Source: an archaeon (lineage in GTDB: Archaea; Iainarchaeota; Iainarchaeia; Iainarchaeales; GCA-2688035). Taken from it: a stretch of DNA of 64,000 nt. Positions within the stretch are counted from its first letter, which is position 1; the number at the start of each line of letters is the position of its first letter. Shown piece by piece: positions 61,054-64,000 of the stretch. Made by a program: the position numbers and the translations under genes. A model generated the notes under the pieces. The model searched no databases, had not been told where the DNA came from, and saw only the letters and a program-made list of their open reading frames with translations. The stretch is from NCBI GenBank assembly GCA_035290965.1, contig DATDTD010000064.1, forward strand, positions 108-64,107, in the 5' to 3' direction.

Positions 61054-62301
61054 ATGAAAAAGACTTTTTTCATTGAGGGCTACGGCTGTTCGCTCAACAA
61101 AGCCGAAACAGAGCAGATAGCGGGCTTCCTTGAATCAAGCGGCTTTCAGATTGTTTCAAAACCCGAAAAAGCAGGCACAATCATAATCAACACCTGCGCT
61201 GTAAAGGAGCCGACTGAAAACAGGATGCTTGCGCGCATAAAGCACCTGAAAAAAATTTCCAAAAAAAATTCAAGGCTCATTGTTTTCGGCTGCCTTTCAA
61301 AAATCAATCCGAAAAAAATCTCGGAAATTTCAGGGGACATTATAAAAATCGGGCCTAACCTTGAAGAGCTTGCAAAAGAACTCAACATAAAGGAAACAGC
61401 CTTCTCCCCGCGCGTTAAACAGAAGCATTCCTCAAAATTCGTTTCAATTATCCCCATCGCAAGAGGCTGTTTGGGAAACTGCGCTTTCTGCGCCACAAAA
61501 AATGCGCGCGGCTCTTTGAAAAGTTATTCTCCTGCTGAACTGAAAAAAAAATTTTTCAGGGAAACAAAAATTCCAAGGGAAATCTGGCTCACTGCGCAGG
61601 ACACTGCGTGCTACGGCCTTGACATTGGAACAAGCCTTCCAAATCTTCTCAGGCAATTCCTGAAGAGCAAAAAAAATTTCAGGATAAGAATCGGGATGAT
61701 GAATCCGCACCATGCGCTCTCAATGCTAGAAGATTTTCTTCCCTTGTTTGAGGACAGGCGCATGTACAGGTTTTTTCACATTCCGCTTCAATCAGGGTCT
61801 GACAGGATACTGAAAAAAATGAGCCGCCCTTATTCAAAAAAGAATTTTTTCCTGTTAGTAAAAAAAATCCGTGAAAAGCTTCCCGACGCTGTTATTTCAA
61901 CAGACATCATTGCCGGCTTTCCCGGAGAAACTGAAAACGACTTTCAGGAAACGCTTGATGCAGTGAAAAAAATTTCACCGGACATAATAAACATTTCGCG
62001 CTTCGGTGCGCGCCCCGGAACTGCAGCGGAAAAAATGCCTTTGCAGCTGCACGGGCGCGTAAAAAAGGCGCGCAGCAGGATTCTTTCCGAGGTTCAGAAA
62101 AAAATCTCGCTTGAAAAAAACAAAAGGCTCATTGGGAGCGTGCAGGAAATTTTTGTTTCCGAAAAGGGAACAAAGGGAAATTTTGTGGGAAGAGCGGTTT
62201 CCTACAAGCCTGTTGTAATTGAAAAGAATCTTCTGGGAAAATTTGCAAAGGCAAGGATTGAAAACGCGTTTGCATGCTTTCTTTTCGGCAAAACACAATA
62301 A
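61054..62301 (+). CDS. MiaB-like radical SAM methylthiotransferase (archaeal/eukaryotic e-MtaB/CDKAL1 type)
   Basis: UPF0004 N-domain Cys (GCSLN, NTCAVK, GCL), radical SAM CLGNCAFC and a C-terminal TRAM-like segment. Confidence 0.85.
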   Translation: MKKTFFIEGYGCSLNKAETEQIAGFLESSGFQIVSKPEKAGTIIINTCAVKEPTENRMLARIKHLKKISKKNSRLIVFGCLSKINPKKISEISGDIIKIGPNLEELAKELNIKETAFSPRVKQKHSSKFVSIIPIARGCLGNCAFCATKNARGSLKSYSPAELKKKFFRETKIPREIWLTAQDTACYGLDIGTSLPNLLRQFLKSKKNFRIRIGMMNPHHALSMLEDFLPLFEDRRMYRFFHIPLQSGSDRILKKMSRPYSKKNFFLLVKKIREKLPDAVISTDIIAGFPGETENDFQETLDAVKKISPDIINISRFGARPGTAAEKMPLQLHGRVKKARSRILSEVQKKISLEKNKRLIGSVQEIFVSEKGTKGNFVGRAVSYKPVVIEKNLLGKFAKARIENAFACFLFGKTQ

Positions 62302-62358
62302 CAGTTGGTTTTTATATTTTTCCAATATAAAAAATAATGCAATATAAAGGGGTTTTTT

Positions 62359-63132
62359 ATGCTCTTGTTCCAGGCTTTAGGCAATGCTTTTTCGGAATAT
62401 GCCGCGAATTTCAAGACTGCGCTTGTTTTTGTTTTATTGCTTGTTTTTGCGCCTGTGGCGTTTTTCCTCGGAAACTTTTTCATTGGCTCGGGAACAATTC
62501 TCCTTGACTACAATCTCTCGCTTGCAAACCCAATGCAGCTTGTGCTCGCGCTTGCATTTTCCATTGTTTATGTGCTGGTTTACTCTTTTTTTATTTCAAT
62601 AATAATTTTCTCTGTGCGCAAGGATTTGAGCCAGCTGCATTTCCAGTATTACCTGACTGACATGATTCGGAAATTCACTTTCAAGATTTTCTGGTTTTAC
62701 TTTATTTTTTTCCTTGCATTGTTTTTAATCGGCTCCGCTCTTTTCATGCTCAATGCGCCTGTTGTGCTGATAACGCTTATTCTGCTCCTGTTTTCAGTTG
62801 GAGTTCTCTTTGTCCCGCAGGCAATTGTAATCGACGAGGACGACATTCTGAACTCCTTTTACAACAATTTCGAATTCATAGCAAAAAACTTTTCCTCTTT
62901 CGTCTATGTAATAATAACCGCAATTGTCCTGCTCGCAATAGTGCAGTTAATTGAATTCCTGCTGGACATTTCCCTCGGAATAGGAAGCTTTGTTTCAATA
63001 GTAATAGCGCTTGTTTTCATTGTTCCCTATCTGGAGATACTGAAAACCTATTTGTACATGCTGAAATACAATCTGATAAAACAGCCTGATTTGCTGCACA
63101 GGAACAGGTCGAGAAAAAGGCGCGTGCGCTGA
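62359..63132 (+). CDS. polytopic membrane protein, unknown function
   Basis: 257 aa with six hydrophobic segments and a basic tail (RNRSRKRRVR). Confidence 0.5.
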   Translation: MLLFQALGNAFSEYAANFKTALVFVLLLVFAPVAFFLGNFFIGSGTILLDYNLSLANPMQLVLALAFSIVYVLVYSFFISIIIFSVRKDLSQLHFQYYLTDMIRKFTFKIFWFYFIFFLALFLIGSALFMLNAPVVLITLILLLFSVGVLFVPQAIVIDEDDILNSFYNNFEFIAKNFSSFVYVIITAIVLLAIVQLIEFLLDISLGIGSFVSIVIALVFIVPYLEILKTYLYMLKYNLIKQPDLLHRNRSRKRRVR

Positions 63133-63199
63133 TTTTTTTTTCCAAATTCCCAAGGCAAAAGTATTTAAATAAAAAAGTTCTATTCTTGCCTGATTTTAA

Positions 63200-64000
63200 A
63201 TGCAAAAAGCCAAGGCGCAGGGCGCACTTGAGTATCTGCTTATCATCGGCGGCGCTGTTTTAGTCGGCGCGCTCGTAATCGCCCTCATTATGGGCGCAAG
63301 CGGCCCGACCCAGAGCAACACACAACAGCAAATTGTGAATACACTCTGTAATGGCCTGACAAAAGACAAATGCGGTTCGAGCAGCACAACCCCGACAGCG
63401 CCTTCAAAAGGATGCGTAGCAGGAGACTGCACTTGGGATTTGGCAAAAAGCCTCTGCACAGGACAGACACAAACAAGCAGAAGCGCAACCTGCTTCGGAG
63501 GAACAAGCAATACAGGAACACCCTGTACAGGCACAGAAACCCAGCTCTGTTCAAGTCAGCTTGGAGTTTGTGCGGGTTCCCAGCAAACCTGCACAGGCGG
63601 AACTTGGCCCGGATGCAATTATACAACAATAACGGGTTATGAACAAACAGAAACAAATTGTACTGACGGCTTGGATAATGATTGTGATGGCTTAACCGAT
63701 GCGGGCGACCCAAAATGCACAACAACAGACACATCTTGCACAAGCAACGAAGGAACATGCAGGCTTGAAACAGACGGCTGTCAATCAGGAGAAACAGAAA
63801 CTTCACTCGGAATAACGCAATGCGAGCCATTAGGACAAATTTGCTGCACCGTAAATACACCGTCATCATGCGGAAATGGTACAACTGAAACAGGCGAAAC
63901 ATGCGGAGAACCTGGTCTGCCGACATGTTCAAGCGGATACACCTGCACTAACTGCCAATGTATACAAAACCAGACAGGAACATTAGTAGTTGCACCGGCA
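63200..64000 (+). CDS. pilin-headed Cys-rich surface protein (5' partial; open to the window end; not in the ORF track)
   Basis: My own translation is MQKAKAQ|GALEYLLIIGGAVLVGALVIALIMGASGPTQ..., then a T/G/C-rich domain with CTDGLDNDCDGLTDAGDPKC (MopE-type DNDCDG metal-binding-like motif). There are 267 in-frame codons with no stop. Confidence 0.75.
   Translation, partial: MQKAKAQGALEYLLIIGGAVLVGALVIALIMGASGPTQSNTQQQIVNTLCNGLTKDKCGSSSTTPTAPSKGCVAGDCTWDLAKSLCTGQTQTSRSATCFGGTSNTGTPCTGTETQLCSSQLGVCAGSQQTCTGGTWPGCNYTTITGYEQTETNCTDGLDNDCDGLTDAGDPKCTTTDTSCTSNEGTCRLETDGCQSGETETSLGITQCEPLGQICCTVNTPSSCGNGTTETGETCGEPGLPTCSSGYTCTNCQCIQNQTGTLVVAPA

Noticed and set aside
63196-63932. Minus-strand ORFs of 112 and 214 aa and a + strand off-frame ORF at 63370-63642
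   Set aside because: All overlap the strongly supported pilin-headed + strand ORF starting at 63200. Their products are C/L/R-rich artefacts of the ACA/GGA/TGC-rich sense frame.

Overview
The window reads as a compact, AT-rich archaeal chromosome segment. The gene set is archaeal throughout: DnaG primase, Hjc, Pth2, aEF-1beta, S17e, class I CCA-adding enzyme, Pelota, ABCE1, RFC small subunit, Elp3, Taw3, NurA/HerA/Rad50 and NreA. Short proteins, tight gene packing and many class III signal peptide (pilin) genes suggest a DPANN-like episymbiont; that taxonomic call is inference only. I support about 75 CDS, 3 tRNAs (Gly-GCC, Val-TAC, Arg-TCG), one intein and several repeat or regulatory elements. 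I saw no rRNA, CRISPR array, transposase or integrase. All motif matches and alignments were done by eye; no searches or computations were run.

Most notable observations:
1. A 13-nt element, AGCGGAAACCYGC, sits at a fixed distance (54-63 nt) upstream of four + strand transcription units. These are nurA-Zn ribbon-herA, a PolB-like ORF, a Panacea-like/PIN pair, and nreA. This may mark a DNA repair regulon.
2. A 500-aa ORF beside herA looks like a truncated, catalytically dead family B DNA polymerase.
3. A roughly 13.5 kb single-strand type IV pilus supercluster carries nine pilin-like genes, a prepilin peptidase, two FlaJ/TadC-like genes and an ATPase split by a 515-aa LAGLIDADG intein. Housekeeping genes are embedded in it.
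4. A sigma-70-like protein (regions 2 and 4) sits in an otherwise archaeal context.
5. A Fic gene is bracketed by three copies of a 36-nt repeat.
6. A free-standing double-LAGLIDADG plus XRE-HTH gene overlaps the ABCE1 stop codon.
7. Three genes are missing from the ORF track: a Zn-ribbon gene upstream of EF-1beta, a 51-aa pilin, and a pilin-headed Cys-rich adhesin that runs off the window end.
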